Origin: Octopus sinensis
Lineage: Eukaryota
Length of the DNA stretch: 64,000 nt
Assembly (NCBI RefSeq): GCF_006345805.1
Contig: NC_042998.1
Coordinates: 5,208,001-5,272,000 of the forward strand
Direction: 5' to 3'
The notes under the pieces were generated by a model, which was not told where the DNA came from, ran no database searches, and saw only the letters and a list, made by a program, of their open reading frames with translations. This document shows positions 38,685 through 49,833 of this stretch, one piece after another; within the stretch, counting starts at the first letter, position 1, and each line of letters begins with the position of its first letter. A program made the translations under genes and the position numbers.

Positions 38685-38691
<7 letters not shown>
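38196..38691 (+). mobile_element. Retrozyme-like / PLE terminal-repeat-like element: 432-nt unit with 65-nt terminal redundancy and one hammerhead
   Basis: Direct repeats 38196-38260 and 38628-38691 differ by a single 1-nt indel. Internal intact HHR. Ends in (TA)n. Confidence 0.7.
38423..38491 (+). ncRNA. Minimal type I hammerhead ribozyme, intact core, GUA site
   Basis: Stem I TGG/CCA. Core CTGAAGA at 38426-38432. Stem II AGGT/ACCT. GAAAC, palindromic stem III ACCTGCAGGT, predicted cleavage after A38488. Confidence 0.8.
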
Positions 38692-38725
<34 letters not shown>

Positions 38726-38820
38726 AGATAAGATCATGATCAGCATGGAAATAAAATCCTTATAGTAATAATTATTATTAAAATTATTATTAAGAGTATC
38801 TAAAAGATACCACCAAGGCT

Positions 38821-38867
<47 letters not shown>

Positions 38868-39318
38868 GTCTATTACAATAAGTTCCATGTGTTTAAAATT
38901 TCAATTTTAATTCCTTCAGTTATATGTTTTTGCAGATTACTTTCTTCTACAACGATATACATATACACACCCAGACTAATACTTCATTTGTCCTCCTTAT
39001 CCCCTTTATCCGGATAGAACCTATTTCATCAAAGTATAATTCGATTCTGCATCACTAGATGAAAAACACAAAATATATCATCATACTCCAATATTTTTTC
39101 ACGTATTTGCAAAGCATTTCTACATAATATGTTAAATAATGATTCAGTTTAATTAGTATTTATAATCATAGACGAATAATGTTATACATTGAAAACAAGA
39201 AAGTAGGATCAGAGATTAGATAAGTTATCGACTTCCAGTAAACATGATAATGCATTTCATATTGAATACACGCGTTTCTAACTTGGTTGCTAAAGCACAT
39301 ACACAATACAACCCCGCC

Positions 39319-39556
39319 TACACTCGCATACATGTATGTATATATGCATGTATGTATGTATGTATGTATGTATGTATGTATGTATGTGTATATGTATGTA
39401 TGTGGGCATGCAAATATATGTAGAATGGGATTATAAGCAATCCCTTGTTATAATTATGTATATAATTCTTATAATATATACATACATATATGTATATATA
39501 TATATATATGCATACATATACATACATGTATATATATGTATGTATATATATATATG

Positions 39557-39597
<41 letters not shown>

Positions 39598-39895
39598 TAT
39601 ATATTATATATATATATATATATATAATTTTCATTTTATATGGGACCATGCTGATGATGTTGCACTTTTCCTTGCGGAAAATAACAACCGAAACTAAATT
39701 TAGTACATGGGTAAATATTTATTTCGTATACTTTTCACTTGTTTATTGCTTTGGTTTTGTGTTGAGTTTGATCTGAGAACATAGACTTTTTGTGGAGAAT
39801 GGCGATTTGACGTCTATATCTAGCATGTTGACTGTCCACTTTTCGTGTTCAGTCCTTAATTGGTATATATATATATATATATGTAATATATATGC

Positions 39896-39940
<45 letters not shown>

Positions 39941-39956
39941 GTGTATTATATGCATG

Positions 39957-40016
<60 letters not shown>

Positions 40017-40132
40017 ATATGTATGCATATATATATATACATATATGTATGTATATATTATAAGAATTATATACATAATTATAACAAGGGATTGCTTATA
40101 AGCTTCATTCTATATATATTTGAATGCCCACA

Positions 40133-40166
<34 letters not shown>

Positions 40167-40186
40167 CATACATGTATGCGTGTGTA
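39319..40186. repeat. Inverted duplication (arms about 39319-39535 and 39995-40186)
   Basis: The unique tract gggattataagcaatcccttgttataattatgtatataattcttataat recurs as its reverse complement at about 40050-40100, with flanking microsatellites mirrored. Confidence 0.85.
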
Positions 40187-40254
40187 TATATATATATGTA
40201 TGTATATGTATGTATATATGCTGGTGTATGTGTGTGTATTTGTGTGTGTGCGCC

Positions 40255-40470
40255 TCTGTGTGTGTGTCTTTGTTTTCCCCCACCATCGCTTGAAAACCGT
40301 TGTTTATGTCCCCATATCCTTGCGATTCGGCAAAAAGAAACCGATAGAATAAATACCAGACTTAACAAAAACTAAATACTGTGACCGATCCATTCGATTT
40401 TTTAAAATGCTTCAAACCACTGCCCCAGCATGGCCGCAGTCTAATGACTGAAATAAGTAAAAGAAAAAAG
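40255..40470 (+). mobile_element. Family A SINE tail
   Basis: ccaccatcgcttgaaaacc..ccccagcatggccgcagtctaatgactgaaataagtaaaaga. Confidence 0.8.
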
Positions 40471-41079
40471 ATATCTAATTGAGCTTCTTAGAATAGAATT
40501 TCTTAACTATATAAAAAGAAATGGGTGAGAACACAATTCCACAGACACTTTGGCAGGAAGCTTTCCTATCGTACGTGTAAGTGCTTTCGTTTTGATGTAT
40601 TTCAAACAAATGAGTTTTCAGGTAATCTCTATAGAGGAGATTAATATTAGTAGCGGTATATATACATACGTTATATGTATGTGTGTAAGTGTGTATGTCT
40701 GTAATTATGTTTGTGTGTGACGCGCAATTATGCTGAGTCGCCTTCTCCAGTACATTGCAGTAAACCTTCCTTGCCAAAACTCTGAAGTCGCAGTTCACAA
40801 TGAACCTTTTAAAAATACATAAATATGTTTATTCTTCCTTTTGTATTGTTCTTTAAGTTAATGTGTGTCGCTTTTTGTACTTTGAAAGCCATGCATACAT
40901 ACATACATACGTATATATAAGTGGTATAACTTACCACTTCAAAATCAGATAATATATTTTTGCGTGAAATAGTGGAGGGTAGTATTTGTAAGAGATGTTA
41001 TTGCATGCGTATTATGTAACAGGTATACATCTACTGATGATATACTAATATTTTTATGTGTGAAACATACAATAGCAGC

Positions 41080-41300
41080 TGAGAAGACAGCCGGCACCAG
41101 ATGAAATAGTCGATAACCATTTATTCCTGCTCAATAGCAACTGAACGTTACTGCCGTTGAAGTGATTAGCAAAATAGCTATAATAAATTTCAGAATATTA
41201 TGGAAATTGCCACAGATTCAATCAATAAATATCCTATCAGTGATCTGTGCCAATATTTCTTGATCAAAGATAATATGAATATCGATTGCTAAATGGAAAT
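41080..41300 (+). pseudogene. Decayed LINE RT fragment
   Basis: KTAG-PDEI (frameshifted K..GPD.I motif) followed by a PI..D.CQ.F region resembling PI.K.GD...C.NYR. Confidence 0.4.
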
Positions 41301-42068
41301 AATATTGCGATAATAAAGAATATCTCATAAAATTCAGGTTGGTAATCCTATGTGTTAATATTTTTGCTATTTCTGCTTGTTTTTGCTTCTCTGTGTTCTA
41401 TTTCCCCATCATTACTATCTCTTTCTCGTGTGTATATACATATATATAAATATAAATATAAATATATATATATATGTGAGTGTGGGGGGGTGCATGTGTG
41501 TGTGTATTATGTCAATGCATCCGAATATGTGATGTAATATTGGCACGTGTGTGCGTGTCTGTGTGTGTTCTCCGTGCGTTTCCTCATGCTTATATTTGTG
41601 ACTCCACATCCATGTTACAAACTTTGCATTTAATAAATACAAATAAAATATAAAAAAGTGTTTCCTCTGCTTTTTTCTTCTCGTTCGATAAACATTTCAA
41701 AATTAAAATTTGCATTTCTCAACCGATATCTATTTCTAATTTAATTTTAGAAAACTACATTACATTTTAATGCTGCTTAAGGATTTCATTGCATCTAGGC
41801 AATAATTAACTGCAAGAAAGGTTAATTGCATAGTTGTATTGTTTCCTGATTTGTTTTCCTTTTGTTCCTCCGCTTTGTATCGACTCATTAAAATTAAATA
41901 TAGTCAGTTCAGGATGGTTAGTAGATAAGAAGCAGAATGAATATTTTATCTGTGTTGTAGTTTGATTGACTAACAGAGTGCTATTTAGATAAAATAAAAT
42001 AGTTAACCAGATATACTTCGATATGAGTACATATAAGTATATGTATGTAGGAGTGGCTATCTCTCTCG

Positions 42069-42099
<31 letters not shown>

Positions 42100-42835
42100 C
42101 TTCTCATTATATATGTGTGTGTCTATATATGTGCGTGTGTATACACCACACCCTTAATTGTTTGCTTAGATAATATGAAGCATATTACTATTACTTTGGT
42201 CACTAGCCAAAGACTGCTTTCATATTCACAAGAGAATTTTTCACAGATCCGTTTTAAATCGGAAAATTGGAAGCAATTCCACTCGGGAAAATATCAAATT
42301 AATGACATATGACTGATGGTTAAACAAGCGCAGATATTTAATCTAGGATTCGCTTAGAAGACCTGTCTTCCTCTGAGGAAATATTTTACAACGATTTCAC
42401 TTTCTTCTTTGAAGGTAGCCAAAGTAAACATCAAAATATTATGGCCCGATTTATCTTGCTCTCTGGCCGAAAGAAAATATAGACTGTTAAAAGTCTGAGC
42501 TGCTTTAAGACAACAAATGTCTCTCGGCATTACACGTTACAAGAGGTTAATTTTTGATGGTCCAAAACTCTGGACATAAGTCGATTCTTGATATGAAAGT
42601 AGCAGAAAAGTGTGAGGGAAAACGATGCGTAATACAGTCTACAGAACGTAAACTAACTTCTGCGTGATTCATTATTCACAACGAATGTGGCTGTCATTGA
42701 TTCTTGGAGCAACATTCGTCTATTTAGTAAGTTTAACAAATACCCAAATCATATGGAGCAATATACTTCCGAAGCTCGTTTGTCTTTTTATTGTAATACG
42801 CCTAGCCATCGTCAAGTTTATACGGAATAAGAGTA

Positions 42836-43338
42836 CCGTAAATCCTCGAGTATAATCCGCAATTTTTTCCCAAATTTTAAAGGTCAAAATCCCTAATGCG
42901 TACTATATACGAGGTTAAAAATGAAAGATATTTTCTAAGCAATGTCCGAGTCTCTATTTGCTATCCGGCAATGTTTTATTCAGACGCAATTTGCGATGTC
43001 GGGCGCGAAAATACCTTAAGCTAAGTCTGGAATCAATGAAGTCATAAAAGAATCATCCATAACTTGCAGAAAGCAATATTTATTAAACGTTATTTCTTTA
43101 TTTTCTGCAAACAAATTGCACAAAAAAGCTACACGTTTGCATTATGTTATATATACAATAATAATAAAGGACGTTACCATATACATTTTTACAAACCAAG
43201 GACGTTATATAGACCTCCTTGACTCAAGTTAGAGAAGGGGTGCATATTATACACAAGGTTTAGGTTTTTCAGAGGTACAGTCCCTAAAAATCCCCTGTGT
43301 ATTATACTGAAAGGTGGAATATACTCGAGGATTTACGG
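42836..43338. mobile_element. Non-autonomous Tc1/pogo-type DNA transposon (MITE), 503 bp
   Basis: Perfect 19-bp TIR CCGTAAATCCTCGAGTATA / TATACTCGAGGATTTACGG, flanked by TA on both sides. Confidence 0.85.
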
Positions 43339-43389
43339 TACACTGAAATGGCTTTAATTTTGTATTTACACAGTATTTCAATATGTATA

Positions 43390-43790
43390 TAGGCGCAAGC
43401 GTGGCTGTATGGTAAGGAGCTTGCTTCCGACCACATGGTTCCGGGTTCAGTCCCACTGCATCAGACATCTGGCAACTGTCTTCTACGATAGCCTCGAACC
43501 GACCAAAGTCTTGTGAGTTGATTTAGTCGACGGAAACTGAAAAAAGCCCGTCGAATATGTGTGTGTGTGTGTGTCTGTGTTTGTCCCCCACTACCACTTG
43601 ACAACCGATGTTGGTTTGTTTACGTCCCTGTAATTTAGGGGTTCGGCAAAAGAAACCGCCAGGGTGAGTACTAGGCTTAAAGACAAAAGTCCTAGAGTCG
43701 ATTTGTTCGGCTAAAGCCCTTTAAGGTGGTGCTCTAGCATGGCTGCAGTCAAATGACTAAAACAAGTAAAAGAATAAAAGAATATTACTG
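43390..43790 (+). mobile_element. Full-length family A SINE
   Basis: Head, (TG)n and tail ending aacaagtaaaagaataaaaga. Confidence 0.9.
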
Positions 43791-44129
43791 TTAGCTAATT
43801 AAATAAATATCGCTATTATCGATACTGCTTCTAGTGATTTTCTATACCACCATACGTTCTGCATAGGTGTAAAAAGAACATATTTAGAGTTAAATGACAT
43901 AAATATTTACATAATCCAGTGGTTATAAAATGAAGTAAACTACAACCTCAAACTTGATATATTTCGTATCTTAGTATCGTCCCAGTCTAAGCCATAGATA
44001 TGGATATCTTATATATACACAAGTAAACACATACATGCAAAATAAGGTGGAAAACGTAGTACTCGAATACCGAAGGTAGTGTAATATGCCTTTATATTAA
44101 AGCTACAATAATATCGCAAAAAATGTGAC

Positions 44130-44412
44130 TCAGAGTTTCACGTTCCCGTTTGTCGGACAGTTGTGATCAAGACTGGCAGCAGTCTTGATCACAACTATCT
44201 GACGAAGGAGAACGTGAGACGGTTTTTTGTGATGCTTTTGCGGAGTAGATAAAACAGGGGACACCTGATGAAGGGAATGCTCTTTATGTTGCTTGACTCG
44301 CTTCTCTATTTCTTTCTTTCGTGTTTTCGAGAACATTTCGTTTTCCATGCTTTTGTTTTTTATGTTCTCGTTTCTCATTTCGGTCACATTTTTTTTTGAC
44401 GTCCTGTACCCA
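44130..44412 (+). mobile_element. Family E dispersed repeat containing a perfect 17-bp hairpin
   Basis: CTGACGA..CTGATGA boxes and a T-rich tract, ending TGACGTCCTGTACCC (reverse complement of the start of 733-1140). Confidence 0.55.
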
Positions 44413-44482
44413 TATATGCATATATATATATACAAATATATGTAGGTATGTACATGCATGTGTGTATATATGCATATATATG

Positions 44483-44530
<48 letters not shown>

Positions 44531-44541
44531 GTATGTCTATT

Positions 44542-44592
<51 letters not shown>

Positions 44593-44667
44593 GTATATAT
44601 ATATATATATATATATATTTATGTATATATATATATATATATATATATAAGCCCAGGAATATATATG

Positions 44668-44739
<72 letters not shown>

Positions 44740-44741
<2 letters not shown>

Positions 44742-44903
44742 ACGGAGTTCTTTCAGCTTCCGTCTACCAAATCCACTCACAAGGCTTTGGTTGGCCCGAG
44801 GCTATAGCAGAAGACACTTTCCCGAGGTCCTACGCAGTGGGACTGAACCCAGAACCATGTGGTTAGGAAGCAAGTTTCTTACCACACAGCCACTCCTGCG
44901 CCT
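44740..44903 (-). mobile_element. Family A SINE head
   Basis: Reverse complement of the family A head. Confidence 0.85.
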
Positions 44904-44930
44904 ATATCTATATCTCTATCTATCTACCTA

Positions 44931-44975
<45 letters not shown>

Positions 44976-45030
44976 ATTGGTGAATTGAAGAATGGAGCTG
45001 AACGCAGATTGAACAGAAATCGTTTTATTT

Positions 45031-45112
45031 CATTCTACACGTGTTTCGAAAGGCACAAATTACCAAAATCCGATTGAATAATGGGACCATATTGTGTCTT
45101 TCTCTTCAGGAA
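45031..45112 (-). ncRNA. Minimal type I hammerhead (left arm), GUA site
   Basis: TTC-CTGAAGA-GAAAGaCACAA..TTGTGcCTTTC-GAAAC-ACGT-GTA-GAA. Stem III palindrome ACACGTGT; stem I is 3 bp plus 4 bp after one mismatch. Confidence 0.75.
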
Positions 45113-45242
45113 GAAAAAGGAGCCACCGGTTCTCAACATACACTGATAAACAGTTTCGCCATGGGCTCTTAGGAGCACAGTTCGATTTGTTTTTTGCTCC
45201 GCCTCTGTTCTGTTTTGTGTTTCCAACGGATTTCCTTTTTTC

Positions 45243-45320
45243 TCCTGAAGAGAAAGACACAATATGGTCCCATTATTCAATCGGATTTTGGTAATTTGTG
45301 CCTTTCGAAACACGTGTAGA
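45243..45320 (+). ncRNA. Minimal type I hammerhead (right arm), GUA site, weaker stem I
   Basis: Core at 45245-45251, GAAAC at 45307-45311, predicted cleavage after A45318. Stem I has only 2 bp before mismatches. Confidence 0.65.
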
Positions 45321-45535
45321 ATGAAATAAAACGATTTCTGTTCAATCTGCGTTCAGCTCCATTTCTTCAATTCACCAATAATGTTTTAATTTCAATTATC
45401 CGCACCAACGCACGGTGCAACGCCAGATGGTTGTACCTCCAACCGTGCTGTTTACTGCTGTGATTTTTGCTACTAAGGTATCGGTTAAACTTTTGATTAA
45501 TCTACTACAAGATTATTCATCTTTCTATTTCACAT

Positions 45536-45569
<34 letters not shown>

Positions 45570-48326
45570 ATATATATATAATATATATAATATATATATA
45601 TATATGTACATGTGTAGATTGCACAATACATTTCACATGCGTGTTGTGTGTGCACGACTAATACATAAGTATACATGTGCATGTCTCTGTGTGTTTGTGT
45701 ATGAAATGTGTTTATGCACGGATGAGCGTGTGTACGTGAATATAATGTCGTGATGTGTGGCTGAAAATTTATTTTAGGTATATGCAAACTAAAACATTAC
45801 ATATCTTCTTTTTTTTTAAAAAAAAAAGCAACTAAGATTAATAGCTGACTAAAACCTGTGCCGCAAAAATCTTAAATTATTCAGCTTTACTATAAGTAGC
45901 ATTGTTGAGTCTCCATTACTTGCCAATGAAGTTGCCATCTATATCGTTGCAAAAAATGTAGACGTTGAATGATTGCTTTCCCAGTAAATAAGTTGTTCTA
46001 AATCTTTATAAAATCGTATAAAGATAATTTATTTCCGACAAATATTTTGAGATTTTCCTTATTTTGTTTCTTTCTTTTTCGATTAGATCGACACTGTTGA
46101 GGCATTTTGATATCGAGTAACTTAAAATAAATTTGCACTGCCAGCAGCTAAAACTGTGTCTTAACTAACCTGTGCATGAATCTACCTAGATAAGGAAGAG
46201 AAGAGTACCAAATATTTAATTCAGACATGTGACCATTCGACTGAGGTCATCACCCGTCAATCCCGCAGGTTCAATGACGAGTTAATCGGATGCATCCTTT
46301 CTTATACGATAAGGACATTAAAATTGTATGATTAATTGTTTTGTACAATTGGATTTGTATCATTCAGCAGTAAATAAATTTCATTTATCATTCTCAGTTT
46401 CTAAATTAGATTAGCCAGACAACAAACCAGAAGTGGACAGCTGATTGCCACCAATTCCAGGTGTTGTTAAGGACTAGAAGGTTGGAAAATGTCTTTCGAT
46501 TGAAAAGGTGCAAAACTGTTTATTATCTATCAAGATTATTACTATTCCCACTGTTAGGCTAATGGCTATATCTTACAAGGAAACAAATATTTCTGGAGTT
46601 TTGCCAATTATTGTCTTGATTTCCTGTTTAGTAAAATAGCTAAGCTTCCAAATTTCTTGTTAAAAGTATTAAAACTATTCAGAGACGTGCCATTGTCAGG
46701 ACGAAAGCCTTAAAGGAAATAATAATACTTAATTTCACTCTTCAAACGTAATTCCACAGACTTAATTAGTAAACCCTTCATTCAGAAGAAATGGAAATTA
46801 TTTCGGTAACAATAGAATACATTCAGAATAATAAAGAAAATCGTGCTATGCTTCACTTGCAGGGAGAAATGTTCTACCTTTGCCAGCAAAATGTTCTGTA
46901 TTTCTATTTATCTGTTGATGATTGTATTTGCCCACTTGGCTATATAACCGACTCAGCCCTTAGAATACAGCAAAATTTACTTCCTAAGTATCGTTGTAAA
47001 AGTCTATTTTCATTATTTAATGAGAACTTATTTCACCATTGAATCAATATTCCTTAAAATCATTATATCACTTTTGTAGCTTTTGTGCGTTTACAAATAT
47101 TGATACATTTAGGATGTTTTAAAGAAGCGCCTCGACTGAAGTAGCGTAGTTTCCACCTGCCAAAAAGCCATAATATTAGCGTCACAACTTTGAATCAATA
47201 CTTTTGTTATCTGACTACATTGATGTGTGATTTCTCTTATATTTCCAAAGATTATTATCGTGTATTACATAAAGGACACTTCTGTGTAATTTAGACAACA
47301 ATACCACATCAAGAGAGTGTAACTCATGAAAGGAATTATGCCCTCTCATAAAACAGTAGCTCCTAGAAATTCAGCGGTGTGTTTTGTCCAGCTTTCTATT
47401 CAGTTAGAGAAAACTTGATGTGGTCGATTTTCAATTATGAAGTTCTCTTGGTTTAGAGCCTGTTGGGGAAAATGTCAGGCTTATTGGAGCATTTCTGAAG
47501 TGAATCAAAGAAGCAGAAACGATTTGTGGAAGATATAGGTGGGTGCTTTCAATTGTATTTGAGTGTAGATGATATGCCAATCAGAGGAGCAAGTGTGAAT
47601 TAGTGGTTGTAATGCACTGAGGAAAATGTTTGCAAATCGATGAGTTGAATTTTTGTCTAGCAAATGTTAATATAATTTTTTTGAAAAGAAACCACTGTGG
47701 TCAGGTACTCAGATGCACAGAGCGGGTAGGAAGCAAAATGTCTGATGCTAAAATTGACGAAATAAACTTTTTCATGTATGAGGCTTTACGAAGCATTTTT
47801 CCATTTATCTTTTTCATGAAAATCTGGATGTAGTTTGCTTAAAGTATTCACTTAATTAATCAAAGTGAAGTGTTAATACATTGAATTGAAGCAATGTTCC
47901 AATTTTTGACTCGACATTTTATTATTCTTTCATTATTGAATGACACTGTCTACAAAGTTTAGTTAGCTATATCGATTCCAGTATCAGGATTAAACACACA
48001 TTGCCGGAAAGTAGCAGAGTTCGAATTAAGTATCGCCAGGCATATTTGGCCACTGCACAGATTTTTTTCAGTTATTTGTCACGAATGAACACAAAAACCT
48101 ATAAACAAATGCATGTGTGTGTGACTGTGTGTGTGTGCATGCACGTGTGTGTGTATGTGTGTATGCCAATATATATATATATATATACCCACACACACGC
48201 ACACAGAGTGCAGTGAATAAATTGTCGTCTAAAATACGCAAAAAGAAGAATAACACTGACATCTCATTTTAACAGATATATTTACCAAAATTACATAAAA
48301 ATATCTTGAAATATTAAAGCTTAAAT

Positions 48327-48860
48327 TTATTCATTAACATCGCCATTAGCTTCAACCGCGGCTTCCAGACGACTTCGGAATACCCTGCAACTCTTCTGGG
48401 CGGTCTCCTTGATTAAGTTGGTAAATGTTGCCATAATCCTTGGCTTCAGTTCATCTTTGCTGTTACAAGGAGTTCTGTTGGTCTCTCTCTCAATTGCGCC
48501 CCACCCCACACATAATAATGTAGTGGGTTGCAGTCTGGAGAGTTAGGTGGCCAGATGTTAAGGGTGATGTGGTCGCAGAAATTGTCTGACAGCTATGACT
48601 AGGTTCTCCCGCTTGTATGGCATAGTGGATAGTTCTGTTGCCAGACATAGGTTTTTCCAGCAGCCACCCTCTTTAGCCAGGACGGCACTACCTCCTTCTG
48701 GAACATGATGTCGGCCTTCGTGTTGTGTGTGAGGCCGTGTTGGAAGATGAATGGGGGGAATAACGTCGCCATCACTATTGGTCACTCCAAACACCATGAT
48801 GTTTACTGGTTTTATTTTTACCACTCTCGGTACATGTTTAAGGAACCAAGGTTGACACTC
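48327..48860 (-). pseudogene. Tc1/mariner-superfamily (DD37D/maT-like) transposase, C-terminal half, frameshifted
   Basis: KPVNIMVFGVTNSDGDV.PP, WQQ.., IWPPNSPDCNPL and WGAIERETNRTPCNSKDELK..SRLEAAVEANG. Confidence 0.85.
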
Positions 48861-49289
48861 AACACTCTGAAATGTTCGTATTGGAGTTTCCGACGTGAAT
48901 AACAAGCAGTACAGCATGTCGCTTCTAAATTTCTGGCAGAGTGAAATACGTCATGGTTCTCTTTTTCTCACAGACGCTTTTCCAATTGAACCTGTTATAC
49001 TGGTATTCGGCAAAATCAAAAACATAATGGTGACAATTTACCCATTTCACCCGGTATATAAAAATTTACACACGCACACACATACATATATATATATGGT
49101 ATAAATTTTTTTAAATCATGTGTGCGCGCGTGTTTGCATATGTGCTGTGTGTGTAGGTACACACGTACATATTGAGAACAGTTCAATAGAACAACTGGAA
49201 TATTCGTTGTTGAAACGAACAGAAAACTTTGTGTTACGGTAATCGACTGTCACATTTGTTCTTTCTCCTCCTCCTCCTCCTCCTCTATC

Positions 49290-49535
49290 CTTTCCTTAGA
49301 AGAGCGACGGTCCGTGACGTTAAAGACTTCCTCCGAACTTGTGGAAGTTATACCACTCACTCCATATTCACCCGACATTGTGCCTTCGGAGTTCCACCTG
49401 CTTCGGCCTCTACCGAATGGACAAACGTTCGACTCTGCGGAGGAAATAAAATTTCACATGGAAGAGTAGAGATTAATGGATGTGACCACATGATGGCAGA
49501 AGGTACTCGCGCAAAACTGTGCTTACACTCGAGTT
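49290..49535 (+). pseudogene. Mariner transposase C-terminal remnant
   Basis: PYSPDIVPSEFHLLRPL matches the YSPDLAPSD.HLF motif. Confidence 0.75.
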
Positions 49536-49536
49536 G

Positions 49537-49833
49537 ATATATATGGAAAAAAAGTCAAGATAGGAAATGCTAAAATAATTTTATAAAAAACATTTCAGTA
49601 CCGGTTTCAGTCATTGAGACTTTTTCAACTGTAAGTATGGAAAATAAATAACTTTGGAAAAATTAAAAGAAAAGTTTTTTCTTTTCTTTTAAAACTTTTC
49701 TTTTAATTTTTTCCAAATTTAATTGTTTTCCATACTAAAAATTGAAAAAGTCTCCATGACTGAAACCGGTGCTGAAATGTTTTTTATAAAATTATTTTAC
49801 CATTTTCTACCTTGATTTTTTTTCCATATATAT
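49537..49833. mobile_element. Fold-back element: about 141-bp inverted arms, 12-bp spacer, variant hammerhead in each arm
   Basis: Arms about 49537-49678 and 49691-49833, roughly 85-90% identical by eye; TA runs at both outer ends. Confidence 0.9.
49596..49631 (-). ncRNA. 36-nt minimal hammerhead with U3-A8 core variant, GUA site
   Basis: CAG-TTGAAAA-AGTC-tcaat-GACT-GAAAC-CG-GTA-CTG. All three helices pair; stem III palindrome ACCGGT. Confidence 0.6.

Larger units (their letters stand above)
44968..45387. mobile_element. Fold-back element: 143/144-bp inverted arms, 133-bp spacer, one hammerhead per arm
   Basis: Arms 44968-45110 and 45244-45387 are identical apart from a 1-nt indel. Confidence 0.9.

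Noticed and set aside
41025-41075. CTGATGA..GTGT-GAAAC motif
   Set aside because: No GUH cleavage triplet or valid stem III.
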